DNA of 54,806 nucleotides, taken from Choristocarpus tenellus KU-1152 (lineage: Eukaryota > Protista > Phaeophyceae). Made by a program: the position numbers and the translations under genes. Where the stretch lies: contig CAXNAD020000008.1 in assembly GCA_964200185.2 (NCBI GenBank), positions 1 through 54,806 of the forward strand. Reading direction: 5' to 3'. Below, piece by piece: positions 40,468 through 54,243 of the stretch; positions within the stretch are counted from its first letter, which is position 1, and every line of letters starts with the position of its first letter. The notes below the pieces were generated by a model. That model was not told the DNA's origin. It searched no databases and saw only the letters and a list, made by a program, of their open reading frames with translations.

Positions 40468-43400
40468 GAGCTGGAGGAATATTTGGATTCAGCTAGATTT
40501 ATTTCTCAAGAACTGACTAACCTGATGTTTCCCCCAGTGTGGTTGGTTAGGTCAGATTCAGGTAGCACAAGTTTAGGTAAGTGGCATTTGGCATGTCACT
40601 GTCTGTCCCCCTGAGTATGCTACTCAGCACATAAAATTGTCCGATATTGACAACCTTTTCAGTATGGATTGTTGTGAGGGATCAACTTTTGACATGAACT
40701 GCTGGAAGCATGTACACCATGAGACTTGAGTTTGTACTAGATGTCTCAGACAACACATAAATTTCCAGTATAATGTAAACGGTGTGTATGCTGGATATCT
40801 CATGTGTGAACTCATCTGTATGCCCCCAGCTTCAGGGATAGAAACATATTCAACTGATTCATGTGCAATACAAAGGTGTGAAAATAACCTTTGACCAACA
40901 TACGATACTACCAATTAGCTACAACTTATAAATTGATGTTTTGAAATGGTTTGACTTCTTTATCTTCCACCTCTCTCTCTCTGAATGTCCCAGTAATTTG
41001 TACAAACCATTATCCGGTGAGAAACATGTACTATTGAAAGGTGTTGACTAATAATTGTAGCAACAGAAGAGGTTTGAATTCATCCCCCAAAAGAACATGC
41101 AAACAATTGCAAGAGAAAGATCATCTCCAACATGTATACATGTGAGACAAGGAAATTTCACCTTCAAAATATGCAAGTTGCTTCAACCTAAGTATTCTAC
41201 CTCAACTGGGCAGGACCACTCTTGATTGTTCAATTGCAATTGTCCTGCATTTACATTTATGGATATTTCGATTACTTTCCATTGGAGTGGCTGTCCCCCC
41301 CCTAAACAGTCCCCACAACAGACAAATCTTGTCTCTCACAATTTGTTGAGTTATCTCATGCATTCACAACTTGCAAAGCTCCAAGGAACAGGTGGTAATC
41401 TGATTTGTGTGTGTTATCCTTTACCAGTTGAATAAGAAAGCCTTTTTTTGTCTGACAAAGATCACTCTCTTTCAATGTGTCTATTGGTTTGTCCACTGAT
41501 TCACTATTGAAGCACAAAATGATCTGCCAAGGTAGGCAGGCAAGCATGCAAAGCTCTGACCTATTTTATTGATCACTACAGAGTGGTGGCCTATCTGTGG
41601 AACTTGAGTGAGTTTCAAATTATTCAATGCAACACAGGCTAAACATGTAGTTTGATCAACAACTTAATTGGGCACACTGTTGTTGGACAGTAGGGATGGT
41701 GTTGGTCTGTTTAAATCCAATGATGTGTCTCCCAACTAGAGACCACCCTGTAAAGCACCATATTCTTTTGTAAGTACAATAGTACAATGAAGGGTGTTTG
41801 CAGTGTATCCTTGTGGTAGGTCCCTTTATACCATGCTCAAATCTCTGTGTTGCGACATTGTAGTGTTTCATGGTAGTCTGCCACAGCATGACCTCACAAC
41901 ATGCAACTGACATATCTCAATGCTGCCTGTACAACATAAACTATGAATGTGTGGGATGCCAATGACACACTGAAAACCTTTTCCTTGACCATCACGGAGA
42001 ATGCTACTATTATGAAATAAGCAACAAGCACACCTTCAAAGAAACAAGGGCCGTCAGTGAAGAGAGATTACTAAGTCATGCTGGCAAAACAAGCTTGTTG
42101 GATTATTGTTTGTAGTATTGAAGTAAGAAATACTAGACATTTTGATAAGTGAATCTTTGACCTTTTCAAATGAATTAATAGCATAACTGTACAGTAACTA
42201 CTCCCATTCAAGTAGATATATATGCTTCAGCTCTCATGGTGTGTGGAGTCCTTTGTTTAAATGGTTGTGTGTATATATATCAATATTCCCATTTTAGGAC
42301 ACAAAAACAGCAAAAATGGGCCAAGTATCTTGATATAGGGATGTTTCATGTGATTTTCACAGGAGTAGTACAACAATGGAGAGACTTTCATGTTTGATAC
42401 TTTGAGACCCCAATGTAAAGTGATCTGTTCTTGACACAGCACCCTTGGCACCATTTGGAACACACCTAATGTGCGCCTCCTAAACCCTGCATTTCCTCTA
42501 TCATTTGTGAAGGGGGGTATATTGAGTGCAGTAACTGCTTCGATTTATATTTGTAACTGTCAGTCATATTGGGCGTACATAATGCATCCCCCAACTATAT
42601 GATCTGCTTGATGTGTGCTATTTGCTGGATAGTGGACAGCATCATTTGGGGAGGAAGGCCTGCAACGCCTAGAAAGCAGGCACACACCGTATCCCCCCTA
42701 GTCCATCTAGAATTGCAGGTATACTACTTCCTTCTTCTAAATATTAAAACCATGTGAAGTGTCCATACTTATCAATGATGATATCATTTCAAGATGAAAA
42801 TTGATGAGAGAGGACCAGCACACTTTCAAAAGGCACAAATGAAAGTTCGCTACAAATCTGAAACTAGATTCAGATAGTTCAGATAGCCAGTGTCAATAAT
42901 ACAGAATACTCCTTCTCTGATGCTTTTCTCAATAAATCCCCAAGAAACTTTGAATGGGAGTGGCTGTAACAAAGAGTTCCTGCCTCAATAATACATTGGT
43001 GACCTACCATGTGAGTAGTTGAGAGATCTACGTAAACAGTGCTACTTGCTTGCTTTGCAGGGTATACAGTGGGTAAGTTCAGTTGGGCACCAAAGAGGCA
43101 GCAACATTTGCTGGGTGTTGCTTGTGATATCTTCAGCGCTTGACAAAGGGAGAAAACTCACCCTATCACCTATCATGTTCGCAGTGCTTTTGCCACACCA
43201 GAAGGGAAGCTATCAATGATATTCTGGTATTCTAATATTAGGGTGTTACCTCCAGCAACTCTATAATTAATTCTGTGTTGTCACAGCTTTACCATTTACA
43301 CTCCATGTCAGCTTATATATAATAGTATTACTTCAGAACTCCTGTCAGCTGTATTGTGAAAAAAAACTGCAGTTAGTTTGTATGATTGATGATCTACAAA

Positions 43401-43491
43401 ATAAAGTTTGTCCGGTGTATATGTAGCACAAGTACCACGCATTACAGCTGGAGCTCGTTTTTAAATGCCTAACATTGATGGCTTAACTTCC

Positions 43492-43574
43492 TGGCTCAGT
43501 GGTTGAGATGCCGGTGGTTGGTTACCGGCATGAATTTTGCTAGTTTGAACCCTTTCAATGCTAGACTTTTTTTT
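43492..43574 (+). mobile_element. tRNA-derived SINE-like / Pol III-type unit
   Basis: A-box TGGCTCAGTGG (43492-43502), 8-bp stem ATGCCGGT/ACCGGCAT, B-box-like GTTTGAACC (43543), T8 run at 43567-43574. Confidence 0.5.
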
Positions 43575-44663
43575 ATGAAAGCCTGGATTCAAAAATCCAA
43601 TTTCATCTAGTTAGCACAACGGATTGTACATCATGCTGTCTGTGCCTATACCACAAAACCATCAGACCAAGATCGATGTGTAAAATTGGAGTTGGGTCCA
43701 ACAGGAGATGTGAGGGAGATGGTGCAACAAGTGGTGAGGATGCTGAACCTGTCATTGAATAGACTATATGCAAGTCTTAATTTGGTACTATCAATACAAA
43801 GTAGGTGGAGTTAGAATGTGTTCTTTTTTTTACCCCATAGCAGGTCAGTGTTGTGAACCATGGCAGATTAATCAACTTCAGCTCATTTAATTGAGAACAG
43901 AGATCACAACCGAATATGTCTAGTTATTCTGCTATTTTGCTTTTTATCAGAAGGGACACAAAATCATGTCACAACATAGTGCCTTTTGTCTCCACAACAA
44001 CATGTCTCAATTCACCACCACACTTTCATGAATTTTTATCTGCCTGACAAGTGTCCTCACCCACGTGCAGTTTATGATAATTAGGAAAGACCAGGTCGAG
44101 CACAACAAGGTGGAATGCTGTGAGTATAGTTGTAAACAATTCAGATGTGTGTTAGCTGTGTTCTTTTTCTCTTGTACTCCGAATTGTGTATGTGCCTTCT
44201 CTCCTTCAGTAGTATTTCAAGAGTGCTGTGGTAAAACAATATAATAGATGTAAAATCATGATGAATCCATCTTCGTTGTTTACAGTTAATCTCACAGCCA
44301 CATATTCTGAAGCTTTCTTGAAACAAGGCATAACGGAGCAATAGTCTGCCTCAGCTACTACAGGAGATCCTGCCTCTGGTGATGCTCACAAGGATGTTTT
44401 GCTTGGCGAAGCGAAGCCACCTTCACTCGGCAACCAGTGCCACGCGTTTCACCCTCGTCAGATGGTGTGTTGAAAGGTTAATCGACCTGATCAATTTTTT
44501 GGTAGGAATAAATGATACTACTATGTAAAAAAGGGTAAATTTCATGAACATACATACTGCGTATCAATATGGACATCGTATTGGAAGATATCAAAATGGA
44601 CGAATCAATACGAGAAACGGTCTCCTTTCCCCACATTCAACTCTCCCAAAGATACTTGTAGAG

Positions 44664-47600
44664 ATGACAGCCAGCGCGGAAAATCTTGATCTCATGCATG
44701 CTTTCGACTTCTCTTCGATCGAGGAGATGGACCCATCCATCGGTGCGTAGGGTTGAAGCGATTGTGTAGGGCTTTTAATGTTAGTACGTTGTAGATAACT
44801 ATCGCGTTCCTTCGCGTCGTGTTTGGGAATAATCTTTCCCTCACTCATGAATCACGTCCCTCCCCAGTGGATGGATTTCGTACAATTTACGACAGGGAGG
44901 TTCCATTTGAGCTCCGAGTCCAAGAGTCAGCTGACGGACCTCAGCAAGTGGGCACCCTAGAGGCCATAAAAGTCAAAATTCTCATGCTGGTGAGAACATC
45001 AATATTTCTGTAGGTTCTAGATCTCTTCATCCTTCCACTAAAACCGGAATTCGTGAGGTAATCATAATTGATATTGCTCCTCTACTCATTACCATGTTGT
45101 CTATTAGGAAGGATGAAAGTACCCTTGAGCTTTCTCCTCAATAGATGCCACCCCAAGAGACAGGCTCCTGTCACTGGAGGGTTTGAAGTGTCACATCGAT
45201 GTCCCTTCCTGCTATGTTTTTCTTAGGCTATTTTCATTACTTGCCTCTGTCTTGCAATATCATTGAATGGTCAAGCCACCCACCCCGCCTATTTCCGTTC
45301 GGTGACTCTGCCAATGACGCTGAGCCTGCTTGAAAGGGATAATCTTTGGGACCACGATGAATGAATTATCTTGTTCACAAGACAGAAATATGTATCAAGA
45401 ACTTGTTGTTACGACCTCTTGAATCAACGTTCTCACTGGCCCTCATAATCCAATGCTACGTCCTGCCTTATGTTGCTTCCAACATGCCGGCCTGCCGTTC
45501 TGCATTTTGTATTCAACCATCTAGATAGATACCTACAAGTTTGCGGGCTGATCGTAACCGTGGTTGATCAATAGACATAGAATATGGCAACCCCAAACTT
45601 TCGGCGAACAACCAAAAAAACTTGTATTTACATTTGCTGACACTTTCCTCTGTGTAAGGAACAAAATTACCTGAGATCTCACCCCCAACACCATGTTTCC
45701 GAACTTGTTAGGGGGGTGACAATGATCCGCAGGCAGTGAGAGTTGAACTCTCCAGTGAAGCAGACTTATTTTTCCACTATATGCATGTAACAGATGAAGC
45801 ATCCTTCCAGGTGTGTGTTTGTTATTTCAGCTTCCTGCATCTGTACTCCCCAGAACATATTACTGGTACCTTACATGATGTCTTCTTAGAGGTGAAATGT
45901 TCATTTGCAATGTATTGTAGTTTTTCAACCAGTCAGCAATCAACCCCAGAGATACCAGTGAATAATCTACTAGCTCCAGGACTAGTTGCATACGACACCG
46001 TCAATCTTACCCCCCAAACAATTTTCATCTTAAATATAATTTAAAGGTCACTTGCTGTCTTGTGCTTGATGTTCCTTGTCTAAAGAATTTGTAAAGTTAC
46101 AAGGTTCCTCCATGTGATCACTATTCCAGATATTGACACTCATTGGGCCTCCTGTTGCGCAATATTCTCTCTGCAAGCACAACTATTAAATAAGAAAAAA
46201 CTTCTTCCTCTGGTGGCTAAAGGTTGTGTCAGTTGAGAGCGGTAATCCAAAGGCAAAAGAAGTGGACAGTAATATATCAAAGGGATGAGATCCTATGGAG
46301 AAGGGCAGACAGGATGGAAGAATTTGTCCAGGATACAAGAACAAAGGGAAGTGAAGAATCAGGAATGGATAAATCTAGCAAAGAAACAGCACAAATTTGT
46401 ATGCCTGTCGTGGAGAAGTTTAAATGACAGGAGGAAGCCAGGGATAAGAAAAGTTCACAATGATTGACCAGATCAGATAGGTGACAATGAAGAGCAGATT
46501 TTGCACCATACAGAGAAGTGAAGCAAAAAATGCAGCTGTGAAAACAGTGACACCTGTCTATATTGTGATAAAGAACATCTGAAACATAACCAAAACAAGC
46601 ATGAAAATCTTCACTTGGAGGATAGTCAAGTCACTACGTCAATATGGACTTGATACTTATAATTGAGCACACCAACAATTGACAAAATGTATGATTAGTT
46701 GAGTGGGAAGTGCTACTGATCCATCAATTTGGTTGACCCAAGTTTTACAAGGTTTGAGAGCTTGATCACTGTGATGAGGCCATGACCTGATTGGTCCCAG
46801 GTGGACATCCATTCCTTGACCAGGCAATGCAAGAGAAGCAGAAGCTTATGGTGGAGTTTTGTAACTTTCCCAATGTGCTTATCCGGATGCTCAATAACTG
46901 CATCAAGGAGCCACACAGTCATCTGGCTGTCTTTGTTATGCAGCATGATCTTAATGCCCGTCTAGATTTTATTCAGGTAAGCTCATGCAAGGATAAAGGT
47001 ATCTTGCCCTCCAAAGGAAAATTTTTCCTCTTTTTGAAGCCAGGGATATCTACAACCTATCCAGAGAGCCAATCTTGGTCATGCAGTGTAAATGAAAGAT
47101 CTCATGGGAGAGCTTCAGTTACTTGATGTATGTCTATAAAGAATTTAGTTGCTGTGAAGGGAACGCTTGTAACTTTGCTTAATTGTATTACACAAATTAC
47201 TCCAAAAAAGCACTGCGGTTATAAAAATTTGAAGTTATTTCTTGTTCCAAACTGAAAATGTGCTGTCTTGAACCTACACCGGGAATGTGACTGACGAGGA
47301 CAGTATTAGACCTTGATAATTATTGTAGAACAGACCATCGTTCAAGAATACCTGTATTATTGCAACATGTGTTTGTTTCAAATCTGTCTCCTCTCAACTC
47401 CATCTGAATTTGGTGCTAACCTGTGATGAGCTATGAACACACACCCTCTTGTGATTCCACAGAATATGGAGTACAAGTTTGTGGAGCTGATGTCCCTCCA
47501 GTACATGCGATCAGCAGAAGATATTGTTCAGCATCAAATAACCTACAGATACAATGCAATGAAGGTAACAACTCTGCAGGTCTCTTCATTAACGACACTT

Positions 47601-47998
47601 GTTCTTTGACAAGTGTAAGTTTACTGAGTCCTCAAATTCATCTGTGTGCTGTCAAAGCTGCTTAGAACTGGTGAGAGAAGCTGCTTGGCCACAAGAGACA
47701 ATTTTTGCCATTGAGCTTATGGATTATTATGCTCAACATAGATTAGAGATCACCCGACCAGCAGATAGCCAGTCCCATATTCTACTGAACAATCCAATAT
47801 GTCTGTACGAGTATTATCCTCTGTAGTGGTGATGGTGACTCATCAGTCTGGTTTTGCCTATATGCTGCCCTCCAACAGTCAAGATTAGCGCTAATGCAGG
47901 CCCGACTTCAAGATGTCAACAACCTTGTCAAGCTCAAGAACCCATCGCTGTTGCTGCAGTTGCAGAAGTCTACTGCTTCTACAAGTCTGGTCACGTAG
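44664..47998 (+). CDS. SAS6L: SAS-6-like protein (SAS-6 head domain with short coil; 6 exons, 224 aa)
   Basis: Exons 44664-44742, 44868-44989, 45712-45810, 46824-46976, 47463-47564, 47879-47998; all GT-AG, 675 nt. Motifs: YDREVPFELR, VRVELSSEADLFFHY, FQAMQEKQKLMVEF..FP, LDFIQNMEYKFVELMSL, KNPSLLLQLQK. The long coiled coil of canonical SAS-6 is absent. Confidence 0.9.
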
Positions 47999-49335
47999 GG
48001 ATGAATTGTACAAATGTGAGAAGGATCGTTGCACTCTTGTTCTGAAGTTGTTGTACCATTTTTTTTGTGTGTTTTGTCACAATTCCTCATACATTGAGAG
48101 CAAGAAGGAGCTGAACACCAGCATCACACAGTCCCTTGATACCTTTTCTTATATGGGATTTTTTGCTGTTGTTGTCTGTTGTTGCAGTCCTACATACTAT
48201 ATTTGCCAATTTGCCAACCTTGCAGCAAGGTCAAAGGCAAAGGGATGGTGGTTGTAGCCCAGTTGGAGGCTATCTCTTTTCATTACCCAATTGACATATT
48301 ATTTTTATTACTACTGTACATCTACAGTCGGATCTAAATTGACCCAGGTCAAAGGGCAACATAAATGAGAGATGTAGAAGGAAGAAAAGATACACATGAA
48401 ATAATAAAAGGAATAAGAACAAAAAAAAGTGATAAAATAATAAAAAACACCTAAAGACATGCATAAGACAAAGGCCTATAAATAGACACAGCAACTGGGC
48501 TGATCAACAGGTTCTGCTGATCTGAAGACAAGGATAATCAGTGAATGACCACATGGTTCTGTCCCCTTAATATGATGAATGCTCATCTATTCATCTCTTG
48601 TTGGAACAAGCATAGATATTTTTATTTGAGTACTTGTTGCAGTACCTCTTACTGGATACCATCCACTCCTACTGTTTGATCAAAGTGTAACTGACATTAA
48701 ACTCCCCTCCAATTGATGTTGTACATTGAAAAGACTTGTGTTACATACAAAGTAGTGTGCAACATTTTTTATTCTAGAACCTCTTTGAGATACTTTTTGG
48801 GGGGGTTGATATCTATCTATGTAATGCTCAAGCATACAGCCCAGCCAGTGGCACTTGTGTCAAGGTAAGGCAGCCGTCCATACATGCAATGTTAAAACAC
48901 ATGCAAACACATTGATCATGATTCTGGGACCCCTAAGACTGCAACATACTTAGTAGAAATATACTTCTCAAGTACATCTATTATCATTAACTGAGTTGAT
49001 TTTACCTATGCTGACATGGTATCAGGTATCCTTGTCTTTTTGAGTCACAACAGCTGGTAAGTTCCCTAATCTCTGGTCCATTGGACCACATTGAGGTGAA
49101 ACAGGCCCTACAGTGCTGTCATGCAATACTCAGGTTGTATTGGTGGAACTCATGACAAACATACAAGAAAGGGTCACGTGCTGGTGGTTTGGAAACAAGG
49201 GAGGGCACTCCCATTCCTTTAGAAGCTGCGAACAACAGTGCTGAGATTAACCCCCCCAAAAATGCTGTTATTGCCATGCACCACCACGAGTGTAAAAGGG
49301 AACTCTTGTGTTTGTCTGCTGAAACATTTTGAACT

Positions 49336-49424
49336 GGTTAACAATATCTTCCATCTACTGTAGAGGCCTTTCCTGAAGACCATGTCTACCGTTGGATAAA
49401 ACGTAAAATGTAAAATGTAAAATG
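49336..49424 (+). mobile_element. 3' end of a non-LTR/SINE-like repeat with a (GTAAAAT)n tail
   Basis: ...CTTCCATCTACTGTAGAGGCCTTTCCTGAAGACCATGTCTACCGTTGGATAAAAC followed by (GTAAAAT)3. Related fragments at 37780-37805 (CCTGAAGATGTAAAATGTAAATGT) and, inverted, at 19607-19629 (CTGTAGAGGGAAGATTGTCAACC). Confidence 0.5.
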
Positions 49425-51609
49425 TCTAAAGGTTTCTTAACTGAACGAACGCATCATGGCAATTTCCTCTAGACCTGGGAAATAGAGTATGTTGTGTGGT
49501 GCTCTTTAGAAAGGTGTGAAGAATTTCATTTGGTCATTCCAGCTTCGGGCTAATTTTTAGGGTAGCGGAATGTTCTTTTCTGCGTCAGCTGTAATTGAGT
49601 GTTTTCTCTGAGATATCTATGGGGGACTGTTGTGCAGCAAAGGAACCAACACAAATTGGTGCAGGTAAGAGAGATATAAATATTTCTTTGTGACCAGTGT
49701 CGTTGGTAGTTTGAAATATTTCTGCTGAGCTGTTTTGTGCTTGGGGTCATTTTTGCTATGTCTCTTCCCTGGATGGAGTCTGTCTTCCATTTTGAGTACA
49801 CAGGTTTCAAAGTTTTTGTTGAGAATAAAAATAATGTTTCGAATACATTCATATTTAGGTTTAAAATTTGATGTACTTTGAAGGATGTGATTGAGTTGAT
49901 GTAGGTACGCAGAACGCGAGGGTCATCTCCACCCATACAACAAACACCATAAAAGAGGGCACCTTGTGACCCTTGGACAAAGGAAAAAACTGAATGGGGT
50001 AATGTAATGGGGCATCAGGATAAATGTTGTCATGCAGCATTCGACCAGAGTTTTGGATATAGATCAGACTTCATACATTGTGGGAGGACGAGGTCCAGTT
50101 GTTTGAGTGGGGGTGAGCATAGGGAATGCTGCTGCTACTTGAGATCAGGTTTATCTCAAGAGAGAGGTAAAACAGAACTTATCCATGGCCACCGACCATC
50201 TAGATGAGATTTCTGTCTCAATAAGTTGGCAGCCAGAACCATTCAAGTTGCTATCTGGAGCAATCCTGGCAGAGTTATGCCATGTGAAAATTGAGGATCA
50301 GGTGCTTCTCTTACTCTATGAAGCAGAGAAGTTCTGCAAACATGAGTAATGAGTAATGAGTGTGTGCTATGGAGACCCGGACAAAAATTGGTAGGCCTGG
50401 TGCAGCACAAGGATGGGGAAAGTCCCTTGACAGGCAGAAGGGTGCCAGCATACGCATACACTGGCAGGGTTGAGGGAAGGCCTTGACATGGCAGGAAGAC
50501 TTGTGAGATTCCCAGGTTCTTACCATAAATTTGGCAGAGAGGACCAGAAGACAGTGCTTGTCAAGCGCAGATACTTGAGATACATTCAGGACAACAGGAA
50601 CCAGAGGAGCAACAATATGATACTCTACCTAGGGGAGTAGAAGCTGGGAGCAGTGATGGATCCAGGCTGAGGCAGCCTGGTGGCACGTGTTGAAGCCCTC
50701 CCTGGAAAGGGAAGGGGGGACTGGTTCAATTCGTTGCACTACAGCTCAAGGTACCCGCAGTCATCAAGGGTGGGCCATTTCCCTCTCCTTAAATTTCGGG
50801 AGAGAGAGGGGTGCTTCTGGCACTACTGGAAGAGTTGTGTGTACAGGTGATAATTGGTGCTGTTTGAGGAGATTGATTACTCTGTGCGATCCACTGATTG
50901 GGACTATTTTGTGGCACTGGACACGTGTGATCCCTTCATTGCCCTCAAGGGTATAAGGAGGAACAGTGGCATGGATCTGGCTAGGATGGCTTGCATCAGA
51001 GGGAGCTGACTAGCCATCTTGCCGCTCCACTGTATCTCTAGAATAGGGGTTCCATTAGTACATTGTTGACTTTCATGATGGATCATGTTGCACTTGATTT
51101 GCTCAGGCCCTTAAGCTCGCTGTGGATAAAATAGCCAAGCAAATACAAGTTGAATAAGGGGGGAGTCCTTGCAGTGATAGACCAATTGTGGTTACAGTGT
51201 CTGCATGTATCTGTCCCTTATACATGATGGGATCTGAATCATGTCCCTTTCTGTTGCTGCTTAGGAGATGGGTTCCTGTGTACTATTCCAATATAACACA
51301 TACTAAAAGGGGCCCATGAAGAAAAATATTCAAGTCCTGCTCACCCCTTTTCTTCCATAGATGAAGTAGTGTAACGAAGAATGTCACAGTCATGTCAAGG
51401 ACTGAAGTTGAACCACTTACTTACAACCAAAAAGGATTTGGACATAGTTAGGACTAAGCTCTATGGGTTCCAGAAGCAGTCCTTACACTGTCAAAATTCT
51501 GTAGTGAGGGAGGATGCACACAGATTCATGTTTCATCTAGGAATGTGTCGGGTGCTTTCATTTTATAGGTGTCAGGCTGTAGTGTAGAGGGGGACTGGAC
51601 TGGTGGAAG

Positions 51610-51843
51610 GGGTTGGTGGACACAGAGGATTTCATACACACATGTGATTCATTTCGGAACTATTTATATTTTTTATTTTTTGAGCCTGTCTGATCTATCA
51701 CCCTCCTCGCTCTCTCTTGATGTAAGTGTCAGGGATTGGTGGACACAGGCAAAGGTTTTCATATACACATGTGATCAATATTGGCATTATTTATATGGTT
51801 TATTTAAGCCTGTCAGATCTGTCACTGTCTCCGCTCTCTTGAT
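51610..51843. repeat. Diverged tandem duplication of about 120 bp
   Basis: Shared blocks TTGGTGGACACAG, TTTCATA.ACACATGTGAT, TATTTATAT, AGCCTGTC.GATCT.TCAC and CTCTCTTGAT occur twice in the same order. Confidence 0.85.
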
Positions 51844-53076
51844 TTTCTAATCTATGTATCAACTATGTTATTGCTTGAATTTTTTATAATATTTGTAAGT
51901 TTAGTATGGGGATTATCCTACTTGCGGTTAGATGCTCCGCAAACTACTTTGATTCTCATGCTGCTGCAACTATGTAAGGAGGTGAATAAGTTTGACTGTG
52001 AAATGGAAGTGCTGGCAATAAAGAAAGGGAATCTAGGTAGACATATGTGTAGCAGAAAAAATAACTGGCAAAGTAATTATAATGTGACAAATATGACTCC
52101 ACAATTCAACATTTTTGTCCGGTGACGACGAGTTGAAGCAATAATTTTTGTTTGCACTCTGCAAAATGTAGAACAATTGCCACAACTTTCTGACAACAAT
52201 CAACAGGCAACATGTGTGACTTCATATTTCTAAACTTTGAAGACATTTACTTGCAGGCTAGACAGATCAACCACCTAGTAGGTCCCATATTGGACTTGGG
52301 TAAGTCCAGAATCAGACCTACCCTGTCTGGTGTGGTTACAATCTCTGATGGCCCTTGTCAGGACACTTCAGAAATATTTCATCAACCTGTCCAACCCATG
52401 TAGACTGGTTAGATGGGTTCCAATACTTAGCGGATACATATGAGAAAATATTGGAATTTGTCCAGCTGTAGTCCACAGACTGGACAGGTTCCAATGATTA
52501 GACTTATTCCGAACTTGTGAGACATTGTTGGAACCTGTTGACCTGCATACTGGTCCCTATGCATTTGCCCAGACTCATAACAAACCCTGGTATATTTCCC
52601 ACCTGAATTGGAATAATATCTCGTGTATATTAGTTACTCCAATTGTCTGATCACTACATTACATTCACTAAATTGGCCTGTGGGTTCACGGATTGTCTGA
52701 TCAGGTATGGACATTTCCAACCAGATTTCTAGCAATTTTATTTTAGAATATTTTCTATTTATCACGTGAGTCTGAATAGCCCGAACTATTGATCACAAGG
52801 TGACCGGAGGAGAAGCAGTAACACTCAAAATACATAACATTTCAGAAACAAAAAATGAGTAAGAGGAAAAAATTGCAACGTAGGTTCAAAAGGTGTGAAG
52901 AGAGATTAAGAGAAAACTGGAGGTTGTGCCTCAAAGACAACCTCATCGTTTTTATCGATATCACACCTGGACAGCAGTTTTCTCTTGTAGAAGACTCAAA
53001 CAGGCGACACAGGTGTGAGGAGGGATTGACCTAATGCTTCGTGGATCCCTGGCATACCCTGACATCAAAGCAGTCA

Positions 53077-53100
53077 CTAACCCTAACCCTAACCCTTACC
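53077..53100. repeat. Short interstitial telomere-like (CCCTAA)n tract
   Basis: CTAA CCCTAA CCCTAA CCCTTA CC; a shorter (TTAGGG)2 lies at 10973-10984. Confidence 0.6.
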
Positions 53101-53966
53101 ACTGCCAGTCATACAAAAGTCCCCTTTCTCAAACCAACTTGATGCTGGAGCTGACCTTAAACTGTTTTTCTCTCTGTGAACTGCGTTCTTATCTCTCTCA
53201 ACTTGACTGATGGGTCGACCTTTTTTTTAGAAATTGTTCCTATTTTTTTCGAATTTTTACCACCTTAAAACACCTTATGCGAGAGCGTCAAGAGTTTCGT
53301 GCAGCTGTCTTAGCACATCAACTGTGGGTCAGCTGTTGGTCAATCACCTTGAAGAATGCGGTCACTCTTTCCAATCATGAAAGTCAGATTCCACATAGAT
53401 AAATCGAAGACCAGTTGGTCGACCTTGCTAGGATAGGCCATACCACCTTTGTCAACAATCAGCCCCATCCCCATGCTGAACACTTCAGAAATATCGTAAA
53501 ATCATCTTCCAAAAGAATCATTCATACGCTTGGACTTATCATTCAATGCTCTTCTACTGACTGTCCTATAGAACACAATCACTTTTGCTTCTCTAATCTA
53601 ACGGTCCCTTACATCATGTTCCATTACTCAAGCACATACCTGTCAATGCTCTTCTATTGTCCTAATCACACGAACACATTTGCTTCTCTCAACTGTTCTC
53701 TTTCATTATCTTCCTTTACACAAAAGGTGCTACAAATATTCTTGACACACACCCCTGCTTTGAACATGGAGTGAGAAATATCGACTGCAATAATTCATAG
53801 CATTTCTAACTTCACACCACATGGGTGCATTCTGTCAATGCTGGATTGCCTATAGTACTCCTTTGACAATACTTTCGAAAGGTAAGCACATCCAATGTCA
53901 ATCTTCTTTTCCCTTTCCAACTCACGTCTTTAGTACATACAACCATGACCTTAATATCGATGTATT

Positions 53967-54243
53967 TGTTGTACTCAGATATAGAGGGAATTTAATGAAT
54001 GGCTCCACATCTCGTCAGAATGCATCTGTGTCAGTCGCACTGCATCAGTCGTCCTGCGTCAGTCGTCCTGCGTTAGTCACTTACAGTAACCAAAGAGAAA
54101 TCAGTCCGTTGAGATTCGAACCTGTTACCCTTGCCGTGCAGAGACAAGTGATTGACAATTAGCCACTCAGCTAAAATTATTGATATATGCTACTGGTTAC
54201 CAAACACATAAGAAACCTATCGACTACCAGCCTATATTGCACA
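53967..54243 (-). mobile_element. 3' LTR of a Ty1/copia element (about 277 bp, TG...CA) containing a tRNA-like cassette
   Basis: PPT GGGGGAG (54250-54244) is followed immediately by TGTGCAATATAGG. ATTAAA and terminal TACAACA are present, and a homologous solo LTR lies at 1962. Internal 14-bp repeats GACTGACGCAGGAC. Confidence 0.75.

Noticed and set aside
39600-43300. Long decayed coding-like region on the minus strand (ORFs 39973-40416, 40624-40914, 41656-41913)
   Set aside because: No family motif could be recognised; probably an old TE but cannot be supported without a search.
50000-51250. GC-richer stretch with short ORFs resembling a retroelement relic
   Set aside because: No RT, RNase H or integrase motif is readable.
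53290-53900. hAT-like transposase relic (minus-strand LARSTNWSSIYL resembling TRWxS)
   Set aside because: A single weak motif, multiple stops, and no TIRs identified.
54095-54180. Functional tRNA-Ala(TGC) gene
   Set aside because: Acceptor and T stems do not pair; reported instead as a tRNA-like cassette inside the LTR.
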